Part shown: positions 20,714-30,552 of the stretch, one piece after another
Layout of the letters: each line of letters opens with the position of its first letter
Numbering within the stretch: the first letter of the stretch is position 1
Made by a program: the position numbers and the translations under genes
The notes under the pieces: generated by a model
The model's database searches: none
What the model was told of the DNA's origin: nothing
Seen by the model: the letters and a program-made list of their open reading frames with translations, nothing else
Assembly: GCA_965205485.1 (NCBI GenBank)
Contig: OZ242180.1
Location: 3,424,001-3,488,000 of the forward strand
Direction of reading: 5' to 3'
Source of the DNA: Candidatus Latescibacterota bacterium
GTDB taxonomy: Bacteria; Latescibacterota; UBA2968; GCA-2709665
DNA length: 64,000 nucleotides

Positions 20714-21955
20714 ATGAACAAGCGAACAAGCTTCCAACTGTTGTTGGCAGCACTGTTGTTGAGCGGGTTTACGGTCGGCGCGAACCAGATTCCACCCTTG
20801 AACACCAACGTGCAAGAGAAGGTGACCGAGGTTGCCCCCGGATTGGTTCGGACGCACATATCCGCGGACTCGACCGGCGAGGGGCTTCCCCAGAACATCC
20901 ACGTGGCGGAGATAGACCTGCGGAAGTACCGAATGAAGATGGTCATGGCGATGAATCAGATCATCGGGCAGGAGGCGACAAGCGATATGGCAAGGAGATA
21001 CAACGCCCTTGTCGCCGTGAATGCAGGATACTCCTTTTCAAACAATGCGTGGAACATCTTTCACGGCGATCCAAGCGAGTTCTTTGTTCTGGATGGAAAG
21101 ATAATGAGCGAACCACGATCGCCCGGTCGCAGGAGCGTTGGAATCTGTACGAGGAACGACAGGCAGACCTTGATCGTCGCGGAACCACTGTTGAATATAA
21201 CGGTGACAATGGATGACAGTGAAGAGAGCGAGGTGACCGGAATCAACCGGAGACGAAACGAAGTCCGTGGATGGGATAAAGAAGGGGCCGAAAAAGAAGA
21301 ACTCGACAAGAATGACCTCATCCTCTATACACCGGAGTGGAACCGAAGTACACTCACCGACCGGAATGGTGTCGAGGCAATCGTGCGGGAGGATACGGTT
21401 TCAGCCCTCCACGACAATGCGGGATCCAATCTCATCCCTTCCAACGGATACGTCCTTTCCGGGTCCGGCAAGTACGCCGACTGCCTGAAGCAGCACGCGC
21501 GGGTGGGTTCAAAGGTGAAGATCAGCTATCAGCTGACCTCCCGGGAGAATCCGGGGAGCCCGCTTCCATTGGAAGATTGCAGCTATACGAGCGCCGGGAC
21601 ACTGCTGATTCGAGATGGCCGGCGGTTTACTGATTACGGCGCCGAGTCCTTTGAGCCCTGGTTTTATGATCTAAGACATCCCAGGACGGCGATAGGGATA
21701 TCAAGAGACAATAACACGCTATGGCTGATCGTCGCTGATGGTCGCCAGCCCAATCTGGCCATGGGGATGACCCTGCCGGAGCTCACGGATCTCCTTGCAG
21801 ACCTTGGGGCCCACAATGCCTATAACCTGGATGGAGGGGGTTCCAGCACGATGGTGGTCCGGGGTGAAGTGGTGAACAGTTATTCGGATATTCACCGGGG
21901 CGGCGTTCGCAAGGAGCGCCGCCGGTGCGATGCAATACTGGTGTTTCCGCGATAG
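20714..21955 (+). CDS. Secreted phosphodiester glycosidase (NAGPA/DUF2233) family protein
   Basis: Signal peptide; AVNAGY, HPRTAIG, DGRQ, AYNLDGGGSSTM. Confidence 0.9.
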   Translation: MNKRTSFQLLLAALLLSGFTVGANQIPPLNTNVQEKVTEVAPGLVRTHISADSTGEGLPQNIHVAEIDLRKYRMKMVMAMNQIIGQEATSDMARRYNALVAVNAGYSFSNNAWNIFHGDPSEFFVLDGKIMSEPRSPGRRSVGICTRNDRQTLIVAEPLLNITVTMDDSEESEVTGINRRRNEVRGWDKEGAEKEELDKNDLILYTPEWNRSTLTDRNGVEAIVREDTVSALHDNAGSNLIPSNGYVLSGSGKYADCLKQHARVGSKVKISYQLTSRENPGSPLPLEDCSYTSAGTLLIRDGRRFTDYGAESFEPWFYDLRHPRTAIGISRDNNTLWLIVADGRQPNLAMGMTLPELTDLLADLGAHNAYNLDGGGSSTMVVRGEVVNSYSDIHRGGVRKERRRCDAILVFPR

Positions 21956-22041
21956 GCGAAAACGGTAGCGCGACCGCTTGGAAGGCTTTCTGCGCGTTAC
22001 CATTGGCTGAATGTCGACTTAACGAAACGGGGCAAGCACGG

Positions 22042-22803
22042 ATGTCGATAGAACGAAGTGAAGACTTCATTCTCGCAGCTTTGTTCCTCTCTCGCTGCGG
22101 TCGCAAAGTAGACTCGGGCAGGCCGCTTCCACCTGAGGAATTGGGAACCGATTCATGGGCCAAAGCCTACGCGTCGTTCTTTGACGCACTTGGCGACGGC
22201 AGAAGTTTCCGAACCTTCCACAACAGTCTAAAGGCTTCACGTGATCAGTTCGACAGTCACGTCGACTCCGGACGTCGCGGCTGGCGGGTCGGGGGTCAAC
22301 CGAAGGCTCTTCCAAAACGAGATGCTCGCGTGCTGAAGCAGTGGAAAGCTCGTACCGACGCTGAGGTCTGGGAAGCGGTACGCCACCTTGTGGACGTCGA
22401 CGCCGTAACCATTCCTTCGTCCGTGCTGAGCGATCTTCAGGCCGAGTCGGTTGAGGATCGCGAGAAGGTAACAGTGGGCATTGAGGGAAATACCAAAGCT
22501 GTAGTGTCGCGAAGACGAGAACGAAGTCCTCGACTTCGGGCTGCGGCGCTACGAATTCATGGATACAAGTGCCAGGTGTGTGGATTTTCCTTTGAGCAGG
22601 TTTACGGCAGATGGGGGCGTGATTTCGCGGAGGTCCATCACATGCAGGAGCTCAGTACGGCGCCTGATGAAGGACTTGAAGTCGATCCGTGCCAAGACAT
22701 GTCGGTGGTCTGCAGCAATTGCCACCGTATGATCCACAGAAAAGCCAAGCATGCACTGACCCTCGACGAGCTAAGGGACATCATCGCCAAGACAGTATCG
22801 TAG
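22042..22803 (+). CDS. McrA-like HNH endonuclease with uncharacterised N-terminal domain
   Basis: EG..RERSPRLR..CQVCGFSF..YG..EVHH..CSNCHRMIH. Confidence 0.85.
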   Translation: MSIERSEDFILAALFLSRCGRKVDSGRPLPPEELGTDSWAKAYASFFDALGDGRSFRTFHNSLKASRDQFDSHVDSGRRGWRVGGQPKALPKRDARVLKQWKARTDAEVWEAVRHLVDVDAVTIPSSVLSDLQAESVEDREKVTVGIEGNTKAVVSRRRERSPRLRAAALRIHGYKCQVCGFSFEQVYGRWGRDFAEVHHMQELSTAPDEGLEVDPCQDMSVVCSNCHRMIHRKAKHALTLDELRDIIAKTVS

Positions 22804-22984
22804 TAGGCCGGTGAGCCTTTGCCAAAAATAAAACCGGTGTTGACACCTTGGCGGTACTTTGCTGGAGACAACATCCTCGCGCCCGGTTCGGCGCATGGGT
22901 GCCCTCTCCCAATCGTTTCTCGATTCGGGACATCGAACCGTAAATTCCAGGGCAATGTCTATCCTGATACGGGAAGCAATCATA

Positions 22985-23797
22985 ATGGTTAACACAGACC
23001 TGCCAGTGATTACACGAAGCAGATTGGTGTCTGATCTGTCGAGCCTGGGGCTTGTCTCGGGCGACACGGTGATGTTGCATGCTTCCGTCAGGGCGGTCGG
23101 CTGGATCGTTGGGGGGCCTGACATGGTACTTCGGGCGATCCTGTACGTGATCGGTTCAACGGGAACCTTGATGATGTACATCAAGTGCGAGGATCCATTG
23201 AACGAAATTGACGATTGGCCGGAGGACTGGCAGAAAGCCTATCTGGCAGAGTGTCCACCGTTCGATCCGTACCGGACTCGCGCCAATCGTCGATGGAGCA
23301 TCCTTACGGAGTACCTGCGCACGTGGCCCGAGGTCCGATGCAGCGACCATCCCGAGGCGCGGGTGGCGGCAGTCGGGGCAAAGGCGGAATGGATAACGGC
23401 AGACCATCCGTTGCAATTCGGCTATGGCGCAGGTTCCCCGCTTGAGAAGTTGTGTGACGTTGGGGGGAAGGTTCTGTTGCTGGGGCCGCTCTTTGATAGC
23501 CTGACCATACTTCACTACGCGGAGCATCTGGCCGCCATACCCGATAAGAGAACCGAGCGCTATCGTTGGCCAGTGTTGCGAGATGGCAGGCGCGAATGGA
23601 TCGGGTTCGAACAGTTCGATACGTCCAGCGGAATCGTTGACCGGCTCCACGGTGACTATTTCCAGCGCATAGTAGTAGAATTTCTCGATCACGGAAGCGT
23701 CGCGCGGTCGAAGGTTGGCGCCGCGGACTCGTATCTGTTCCATGCAAGGGACCTGGCGGACTTTGCCATCGAATGGCTGGAGAGAAAACTCGGCTAG
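22985..23797 (+). CDS. Aminoglycoside 3-N-acetyltransferase family (AAC(3)) protein
   Basis: MLHASVRAVGWIVGG, PPFDP, EYLRTWP, SDHP, GYGAGSPL, TILHYAE. Confidence 0.88.
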   Translation: MVNTDLPVITRSRLVSDLSSLGLVSGDTVMLHASVRAVGWIVGGPDMVLRAILYVIGSTGTLMMYIKCEDPLNEIDDWPEDWQKAYLAECPPFDPYRTRANRRWSILTEYLRTWPEVRCSDHPEARVAAVGAKAEWITADHPLQFGYGAGSPLEKLCDVGGKVLLLGPLFDSLTILHYAEHLAAIPDKRTERYRWPVLRDGRREWIGFEQFDTSSGIVDRLHGDYFQRIVVEFLDHGSVARSKVGAADSYLFHARDLADFAIEWLERKLG

Positions 23798-23881
23798 ACT
23801 CTGTGAATCCCGCACAGCGGTCAACGGCGTTGTTCGGAGTGTCGAAGGCGTTAACCAGCGCTTGTTAGATGCATTCTTGAA

Positions 23882-24940
23882 ATGTTCGTTCTCAATCTCA
23901 CACGCTCGCAGCGTGAATCCTACGGATTGATCTGGGGGAGCTTCACAAACTTCGATTGGACCTTTCTGGGCCGCGAGAGGACGTTTGGATTCTACGGCAG
24001 ATTGGGAGTGGATGTAGCTGGACGCGTAGACCTGCTTGGTCTATGCGTGGTTTGCTCGGCAAAACACACAGTTGATGAACACGGAGGCTTGCCGAAACAT
24101 CTCAGACAGAAGCTGTGTTCCAGATCAGGGAATCCTGCTCATGAGCCTGCCGACTGGAATGTTGAATTCATGGTCTCCGAAAATGCCGGAGGAACCGCGG
24201 CGAGTCATCTTCTGCTGAGCTATGGTGACTCGAGTGACCTGAGAAAAGTCCATTTCAGTCGCTTCGAGTCGAAAGCGAAGGAGACGAATGATCCACTTGT
24301 AGCCAGAAACGAATACTACCCGGTCAGCACGAGAGCGTGTCCGGAAGCCGCAAAAGAGATCGCGGTTTCAGACCTGCAATCTCTCGTTTCACAAAACCCC
24401 GTGGTTGCCCTCACGGGAGCCGGAGTTTCCGCAAGCAGCGGCATCCCGACCTTCAGAGGAGCACAGGGATTGGAGCGGCACTTCCCGTTGCATGAACCGT
24501 TTCCTGGCGCCGTGGCGGAATTCATGATCGAAAGGCCTCGAGAACTCGCGAGGATTCTTGTGAGATTTCAAGCTGCATTCATCCAGGCGGAACCCAACGA
24601 TGCGCACAGGGCTCTGGCGGATCTCGAGGAGAGAGGGCGTGTCCGGCACATTATTACAGGCAATGGAGATAAGCTCCACGAGAGGGCGGGATCTGTGAAC
24701 GTCCACCTGAAGAAACCTGACGACTTCAAACCGGGTGCGAGTGGATGGGCGTGGCTATCTGAAGGCAACGTCCTTCTGGCAGTCGGGCTCGGGAGAGACG
24801 AACATGGGTTGATCAGTTATGCCCGCGACAGCGGCATACAGATCGTTTCGGTTTCTCCCGACCGGCCGGAGTTTCTCCACAAGGAAGACTTATTCGTGCA
24901 GGGAAAAGCGGAAAACGTGCTGCCACGTCTCGCGGGCTGA
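23882..24940 (+). CDS. Atypical Sir2 family protein with extra N-terminal domain
   Basis: LTGAGVSASSGIPTFRG, EPNDAH, IITGNGDKLHERAGS; no Zn-binding cysteines in the sirtuin domain. Confidence 0.8.
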   Translation: MFVLNLTRSQRESYGLIWGSFTNFDWTFLGRERTFGFYGRLGVDVAGRVDLLGLCVVCSAKHTVDEHGGLPKHLRQKLCSRSGNPAHEPADWNVEFMVSENAGGTAASHLLLSYGDSSDLRKVHFSRFESKAKETNDPLVARNEYYPVSTRACPEAAKEIAVSDLQSLVSQNPVVALTGAGVSASSGIPTFRGAQGLERHFPLHEPFPGAVAEFMIERPRELARILVRFQAAFIQAEPNDAHRALADLEERGRVRHIITGNGDKLHERAGSVNVHLKKPDDFKPGASGWAWLSEGNVLLAVGLGRDEHGLISYARDSGIQIVSVSPDRPEFLHKEDLFVQGKAENVLPRLAG

Positions 24941-25003
24941 AAGTTGTTGCAGTCGACACGCCCCGACGCCCTCCCACAGCCCTGACTGACTCTCCGTAGC
25001 ATT

Positions 25004-25028
25004 GTAGGGGCGTCCCTTGTGGGCGCCC
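25004..25028 (+). repeat. REP family 1 copy
   Basis: GTAGGGGCGTCCCTTGTGGGCGCCC. Confidence 0.85.
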
Positions 25029-25060
25029 GCCAAACGCAGTTTTAACTCACGAGGTGAACC

Positions 25061-25471
25061 ATGAAGTCCAAGCTGAAGAACGTCCTGGCAGTCATCGTCG
25101 GTGTTGTTGTCGGCAGTATCGCGAATATGATTCTGGTCACGGTAGGGCCTTATGTCATTCCACCTCCCGATGGCGTCGACGTGACCGACGTGGAATCCAT
25201 TAAGGCTTCGATGCATCTTTTTGAGTTCAGACATTTCATCTTCCCGTTCCTGGCACATGCACTGGGGACCCTTGTGGGCGCATATCTGGCCGCCCTCATC
25301 GCCGCAAGCTACAGGATGGCAGTGGCGATGGTGGTGGGTGGATTCTTCCTGATCGGCGGCATCGCGAACACTTTCATGATAGGGGGACCTGTCCTGTTTA
25401 CGGTCGTGGACCTGGTTGGCGCGTACATACCGATGGCCTGGATAGGCGGAAGATTGAGCGGCAGAAACTAA
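25061..25471 (+). CDS. Small 4-TM membrane protein
   Basis: GAGGT RBS; four hydrophobic segments. Confidence 0.8.
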   Translation: MKSKLKNVLAVIVGVVVGSIANMILVTVGPYVIPPPDGVDVTDVESIKASMHLFEFRHFIFPFLAHALGTLVGAYLAALIAASYRMAVAMVVGGFFLIGGIANTFMIGGPVLFTVVDLVGAYIPMAWIGGRLSGRN

Positions 25472-25570
25472 CCAGGATTCGTATGTTTTCGTGGCGGTTA
25501 AATCGAATATATACAAGTTGATAAAGGCGATTAAACTGCGGATTACCAGGATACACCGGGACGTGAATGG
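25471..25570 (+). repeat. ~100-bp dispersed repeat B, copy 2
   Basis: Similar to 10227-10333; begins at the TAA stop of the upstream gene. Confidence 0.85.
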
Positions 25571-25612
25571 CCTGTTCGGCCCCTCAGACCTCTCTCCCCG
25601 GCCCCTCAGAAG

Positions 25613-25810
25613 CGGGTAGACGGGAGCCGGTAGAGGGGAGAGAATTGCCTGTCCTCGTGAGGATCCCCCCTCCTTCGTAGGTCCGTAAGACGGGAGAGGG
25701 GGAGAAAACCGGGTAGACGGGAGCATTGCCGGATTTCATCTACCGCACGGATTTACCCTCTTACCTCTACCCGCCTTTTTTTCTACCGTCTCACCTCTCC
25801 CGTCTCCCCG
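25613..25810. repeat. Mirrored short-motif repeat (GGTAGACGGGAG units followed by reverse-complement-like units)
   Basis: GGGTAGACGGGAG twice plus variants, then CTACC and CTCCCGTCT units. Confidence 0.6.
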
Positions 25811-25895
25811 CATTCAAGCTTTTCGTAGCCAATTTGACTGTTGCCTTTCTTCGATTCGAGGTAATCACAACACAATGATATAGGAGGTCGGAGGC

Positions 25896-26291
25896 ATGGC
25901 CCGTGAGATCATACATCCGGCAAGCGTACACTCGACGGCGGGGGTGGGCTACTCTCACGTCGCAAGGGCCGGCGACACCGTGTACATCGCCGGTCAGATC
26001 GCCCTGGATCCGGGGGGCAATCTGGTAGGAAAGGGCGATATCGAGGCGCAGACACACCAGGTCTACGCGAATCTTCAGGCCATCCTGGAGGAACTCGGCG
26101 GGAGTCTTGAAGACATCGTCAAGCTGACCACATACCTGACCGATCGGAGTCATCTGGATGCCTTTCGCCGTGTCCGCAACCGCTTCTTCACGGACGCGTT
26201 CCCACCGAACACGTTATTGTTCGTCAGCGGCCTCGCTCACCCCGATTATCTGGTCGAGATCGAAGCCGTCGCTTATCTCCCGGGAAGTTAA
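25896..26291 (+). CDS. RidA/YjgF family protein
   Basis: YSH, VYIAGQ, DIVKLTTYLTD, LVEIEAVA; AGGAGG RBS. Confidence 0.92.
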   Translation: MAREIIHPASVHSTAGVGYSHVARAGDTVYIAGQIALDPGGNLVGKGDIEAQTHQVYANLQAILEELGGSLEDIVKLTTYLTDRSHLDAFRRVRNRFFTDAFPPNTLLFVSGLAHPDYLVEIEAVAYLPGS

Positions 26292-26368
26292 TCGTATAGG
26301 TGGATCAGTGTCCTGCCTCCAAAATACGTCGAAATTATCCCGCCGATTCATACCGTCTCGGTGAAACG

Positions 26369-26570
26369 TGGTCATTGCCAGTGCTGAGCTTGTCGAAGCA
26401 AGCTTGTCGAAATGCCCGCGTTTCACTATTCGCAAGGGGCCAATCGACATTTCTTCGCCGACCCTTCGACCCTTCGACAGGCTCAGAGACCACAGGCTCA
26501 GGGAGCGGCTCAGGGCTGACGCGCTGATATCTGAGCCAGTCGAAGGCGCCGTCCTGAGCTTGTCGAAGGA
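26369..26570. repeat. Cluster of REP family 4 units (CTGAGCTTGTCGAAG / CTTCGACAGGCTCAG)
   Basis: Multiple direct and inverted copies of the motif. Confidence 0.8.
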
Positions 26571-26631
26571 ATGCGAGCGGGGCGACTCGACAGGTGAATT
26601 CACGCAACTATTCCTGGGAAAGCACACAGAT

Positions 26632-27591
26632 ATGGACAAGATATCAATTGCAACCTGGAAAGCCGAAGACCTGGCGCAGGTGATGGACCTCTGGCAGAGG
26701 ACGTTTGCAGCCCGGAAATACGAATTCCGGATCGATGAAGCCGGTTTTCGGCAACGGGTCCTGGCGCATCAGGACTTCGACCCGGAGGGGGCGATTACAG
26801 CGAAGGTGGAAGGCAGGGTTGTGGGGTTCGTGCTGGCCGTCGCGCCCGGTGTCGAAGAGACGGGATTCCTGAGCGTGTTGATCGTGGATTCGGATTATCG
26901 GCGAACGGGGATTGGCGGCAGGCTCCTGGACGCCGCGGAGGAGTTTCTATCCGGTTGCGGCAAGACGGAGATGCGGATCGGTTACAAGGGAAATCCTATT
27001 ACCTTCGCGACCGGCGTCGATATGAAGACCGCGGCCTATACGTTTTTCCTGAATCAAGGTTTTCGCAACCGCGGGTCGGTGAGTCTGTTTATGGAAACGA
27101 CGTTCGCGGAGTTTGAGCTTCGGGAGGAGATTAAGGGTTATATCGAAGAAAACCGGTCTCGGGGTATCCTGTTCGGTTTCTGCGAAGCGGGGCATCGGAA
27201 TGCGCTGGGTGAGTTTATGGAAGCACTGTTCCCGGGTGGTTGGGAGGCTTCTGTAAAGTCCTGTCTGGACGGCGATCCGCCCTATCCCGTGTTAATCGCG
27301 ACACACGGGCCGGCGGTGGTGGGTTTTGCCGGGCCGGTCCGAATTGGAAATGATGGAAGGGGCGGCTTTACCGGGATCGGGACGCGCCCGAACTACCGGC
27401 GGGGCAAGATCGGAACGGTGCTGTTCAATCTGATGTGCGCGGAGTTTAAGAAACGCGGTGTGGTACGCAATACGCTCCATACCGGACTGAACAATCCGGC
27501 CCAGGAGATATATTTCGGCGCGGGGTACAGGGTGCGCCAACTGGTGGATTACGGCCTGGTGAAACGGTTAGACTCACACCTGAAGACTTAA
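26632..27591 (+). CDS. Tandem GNAT-domain acetyltransferase
   Basis: VDSDYRRTGIG and TRPNYRRGKIG acetyl-CoA motifs. Confidence 0.88.
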   Translation: MDKISIATWKAEDLAQVMDLWQRTFAARKYEFRIDEAGFRQRVLAHQDFDPEGAITAKVEGRVVGFVLAVAPGVEETGFLSVLIVDSDYRRTGIGGRLLDAAEEFLSGCGKTEMRIGYKGNPITFATGVDMKTAAYTFFLNQGFRNRGSVSLFMETTFAEFELREEIKGYIEENRSRGILFGFCEAGHRNALGEFMEALFPGGWEASVKSCLDGDPPYPVLIATHGPAVVGFAGPVRIGNDGRGGFTGIGTRPNYRRGKIGTVLFNLMCAEFKKRGVVRNTLHTGLNNPAQEIYFGAGYRVRQLVDYGLVKRLDSHLKT

Positions 27592-27830
27592 ACTCAGATT
27601 ACGTAGATGTATAATCATGCTTGCTTGCATACGTAATGGTGTTGGAACCCCCCCCACCGCATCAGCAGTCACCGGCCCTTCGACAAGCTCAGGGGACGGC
27701 TCTGCTTCTGCGACTCCCCCTCAAGGGGGGAGTAATTGGTTTATCAAGCCGGCGCGTGCATTTCTTGCCACCCATTCGGTTGCGGCTGAGCATTGCGAAG
27801 CCACGCTATGGTAATCGGGAACAATTCGGC
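27583..27830 (-). mobile_element. Composite MITE/REP element A, copy 2
   Basis: Reverse complement aligns with 63626-63895, including the upstream arm and AAGTCTT end. Confidence 0.8.
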
Positions 27831-27934
27831 TTTCTCTTGAAACGCTCTGGCATGGCTATGACGCCGCGATCCCGGTTCGTGAACGGCAGGGACATGGTCG
27901 AATACTAATTTCGGCATTGACGGGAACGCAGACG

Positions 27935-28615
27935 ATGGGCCCAAAGACTGACGACCATGGATGGGGAGATGAAGTCAAGCCGCGCTCGGGTCACAGCGGT
28001 CGCGCCGGTATCGACAGAATATTAAAAGAGGTACGGCGAGGTGATTTGAGTGCAGTAAAACGGCACCTCGAGCGTGATCCGTCGCTGCTGCAGGCGAAAA
28101 GCGGCGGGCACAATCGGACGTTTCTGTGGGAAGCGACGCGCGGCAACCGGATAAATGTCGTGCGGTTTTTGTTGCGGGCGGGAGCGGATCCCAATGTCCC
28201 GGGTCGGACTCGTGCGGAGATACCGGTGCTCCTGAAGCCCTATTGTATCGCGCGGCGCTATCGCAGGCCCGAAATCGCTGACCTGCTGGCTAAAGCGGGT
28301 TCCGTCATGGATATCTATTCGGCGTGTTTCCTGGGGGACGTGGACCGCGTGAAGCAGTGCCTGCAAGCAGATCCGCGTCTGCTGACCGAAGAACAGGACG
28401 ACGACTCCGTCTGGCGCGTGACCCCATTGCACTATGCGGTGACTGGAGGCCACGAGCAACTCAGCCGGTGGTTGATCAGCGAGGGCGCGCTCGTGAAGCC
28501 GTATACACGGTTGTTGTGCGATGCGGCCGTAAGGATGAAACACGCGCACCTGCTACCCGTTCTGGAAGAGGGTGGCGCCGATCCTGAACTGCTCGAGAAC
28601 TGGGGCGAAATTTGA
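27935..28615 (+). CDS. Ankyrin repeat protein
   Basis: VVRFLLRAGADPN and TPLHYAVTGGH. Confidence 0.85.
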   Translation: MGPKTDDHGWGDEVKPRSGHSGRAGIDRILKEVRRGDLSAVKRHLERDPSLLQAKSGGHNRTFLWEATRGNRINVVRFLLRAGADPNVPGRTRAEIPVLLKPYCIARRYRRPEIADLLAKAGSVMDIYSACFLGDVDRVKQCLQADPRLLTEEQDDDSVWRVTPLHYAVTGGHEQLSRWLISEGALVKPYTRLLCDAAVRMKHAHLLPVLEEGGADPELLENWGEI

Positions 28616-28693
28616 ATCTGTCGCTACGCATTCGTGGTCCGCGGGCAACTTGGATAAGTAAATGGGTTCCATCTTCAGTTCGAGGAGGATGAC

Positions 28694-29500
28694 TTGTCAG
28701 ATCCCCTTCATTTCGTCCACATCAGCGACACACACTTGGGACACAAGAGAGATTGGGTCGCTCTGGGCAACCACCCTTTCCGAAATCTGCTGCAGGTCCT
28801 TGATGCGATCGATAGCCTTCCGACCCGGCCTCGATTCATAATTCATACCGGCGACGTCGCGAATCATGACACGGAAGTCGCATACGAGTTGGCTGCCGAA
28901 GCATTCTCGCAGGTCGCAATTCCGATGTACTTCGTCACAGGAAACCATGATACCCGCGATTATATGCGCAAACATCTGTCGATGGGGCCCAGAGAGGATG
29001 TCCTGTCCGATTCAGATCTGAACTGTTATCGATTCTCCATTGAAGGCGAGCGGTTTCTGGTTCTGGATTCGAAACAGCCTTACGATGAAGCCGGCCACTT
29101 TGGCAAGGTGACGGAAGACCAGCTGGATTTCGTTCGAACGGAGGTTGGCCGGCACAACGGGTCATTGACTGTCTTCATTCATCATTCGCCGCTCGATATG
29201 GATTCCAGGTGGTACTCCAAATACGTGGGAATGCTGAATGGTTCGGAACTACATGAAGCGTTGTTGCCGGCAAGAGATCGAGTCCGGGGCGTTTTCTTCG
29301 GACACGTTCATCGTGGGACCCACATACACAAGGACGGCATCGCGTACATCAGCGTTGGAAGCACATTCTGCCAGCTGAACTATTGGCCCGATGAACAGAA
29401 AGTGAACTTTGACGAAAAGCATCCGCCGTGCTTCAACTTTGTCACCCTCCATGCGGACAGAACAATCGTCAAGGAGCACACGGTCGCTCCGGACGAATAG
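28694..29500 (+). CDS. Metallophosphoesterase (CpdA/Icc-like)
   Basis: HISDTH, HTGDV, GNHD, HH, GHVH; GGAGG RBS and TTG start. Confidence 0.9.
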   Translation: MSDPLHFVHISDTHLGHKRDWVALGNHPFRNLLQVLDAIDSLPTRPRFIIHTGDVANHDTEVAYELAAEAFSQVAIPMYFVTGNHDTRDYMRKHLSMGPREDVLSDSDLNCYRFSIEGERFLVLDSKQPYDEAGHFGKVTEDQLDFVRTEVGRHNGSLTVFIHHSPLDMDSRWYSKYVGMLNGSELHEALLPARDRVRGVFFGHVHRGTHIHKDGIAYISVGSTFCQLNYWPDEQKVNFDEKHPPCFNFVTLHADRTIVKEHTVAPDE

Positions 29501-29523
29501 ACCGCCGGCGACAAGACGTAACC

Positions 29524-29760
29524 GTGCGCAAAGAGTGGAAAGCGAGGAATGTAGTCGGCGAGAACCTCATACGGGAGTTGTCACAATTCAACCCGCACTG
29601 GCGCTACCAATGCGATGCAGAGAAGAGACGGCTTTTCGCCTCTCGTGGGGACGCGTCCCTCGAATTCGAGCATATCGGAACCACATCCGTGAACGGTCTT
29701 GGATCAAGACCATTCATTGACATAGGCGTGATGTCCGATCGAACGGAGGGCGGCGCGTGA
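29524..29760 (+). pseudogene. GrpB-family nucleotidyltransferase N-terminal fragment
   Basis: EHIGTTSVNGLGSRPFIDI resembles GrpB HIGSTSVPGLAAKPIIDI; stops soon after. Confidence 0.7.
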
Positions 29761-29792
29761 CCCGGCGACGGGTGATCTGATGTGGCCTCAAC

Positions 29793-30356
29793 ATGGACGG
29801 AACATACTTCGACACGATCATCGCCAGATATCCCACACTGAGTGGCTCGATGGGGCAACTTCGTCCCGATGTCCACTTCCGCAGATTTGAAGAGAAGTTG
29901 GCCTCGACGATTTGCGGCTCCTCGTACGTCATTCCTTTCGTCTCCAATAGTCACTGCCTCGTCACCAGGCGTTCCAACGGGAAATGGGTATTGCCGGGAG
30001 GAACGCTCGAACCCGGGGAGACATGGGAGGAGGCTGGGCGCCGCGAGCTGTTGGAGGAAACGGGGAGCATTCCTGGAAATCTCCATCCGATCGGAATGTA
30101 TTACTGCGTGTCCGGAGTTGACCGCCCCCGGCTATCCCAGTTTCCGCACCCGGAACACGTTCGGGTCGTATCGTGGGCAAACGTGGTACAAAACACAGTG
30201 AAAAGACCCGATCCGGACTCAAACAGCAGAATTGTGGAAGTACGGACAGTCCACTACAAACGAGCAGCGGCGCTGTTCGGTCCTGAAGCTGCGGACTTCG
30301 GGGAACTTTATCAACTCGCTCATGAATTCAAGCAGAGCCAATGTTCCAGGTCGTGA
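29793..30356 (+). CDS. NUDIX hydrolase
   Basis: LPGGTLEPGETWEEAGRRELLEETG. Confidence 0.9.
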   Translation: MDGTYFDTIIARYPTLSGSMGQLRPDVHFRRFEEKLASTICGSSYVIPFVSNSHCLVTRRSNGKWVLPGGTLEPGETWEEAGRRELLEETGSIPGNLHPIGMYYCVSGVDRPRLSQFPHPEHVRVVSWANVVQNTVKRPDPDSNSRIVEVRTVHYKRAAALFGPEAADFGELYQLAHEFKQSQCSRS

Positions 30357-30552
30357 AAGGATAGTTGCCCGCCAATTTCAATCACGACGTCGCGTAACCA
30401 GAAACAGCGAGCAGGTTTTCTGCCATAAGTCGAAGTAGCACCCGGCCCGATCATCGATTCGAGCACCGCCTCGGTTACTAAAACCGGCCATTGTCCTGCA
30501 TTGAGCACTGCCTCAGTTCCGGACCCTCTGGTCAACAAAGGAGGTAGCGTTC

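Noticed and set aside
26369..26570. Possible CRISPR array in the repeat clusters
   Set aside because: Units are irregularly spaced, nested and inverted, with no constant-length unique spacers and no cas genes.
26368..26631. N-terminal extension of the GNAT ORF
   Set aside because: It translates a REP-4 cluster; the real start is probably ATG 26632.
30461..30518. Imperfect 16-bp direct repeat GAGCACYGCCTCRGTT
   Set aside because: Only two local copies, with no gene between them and no other support.
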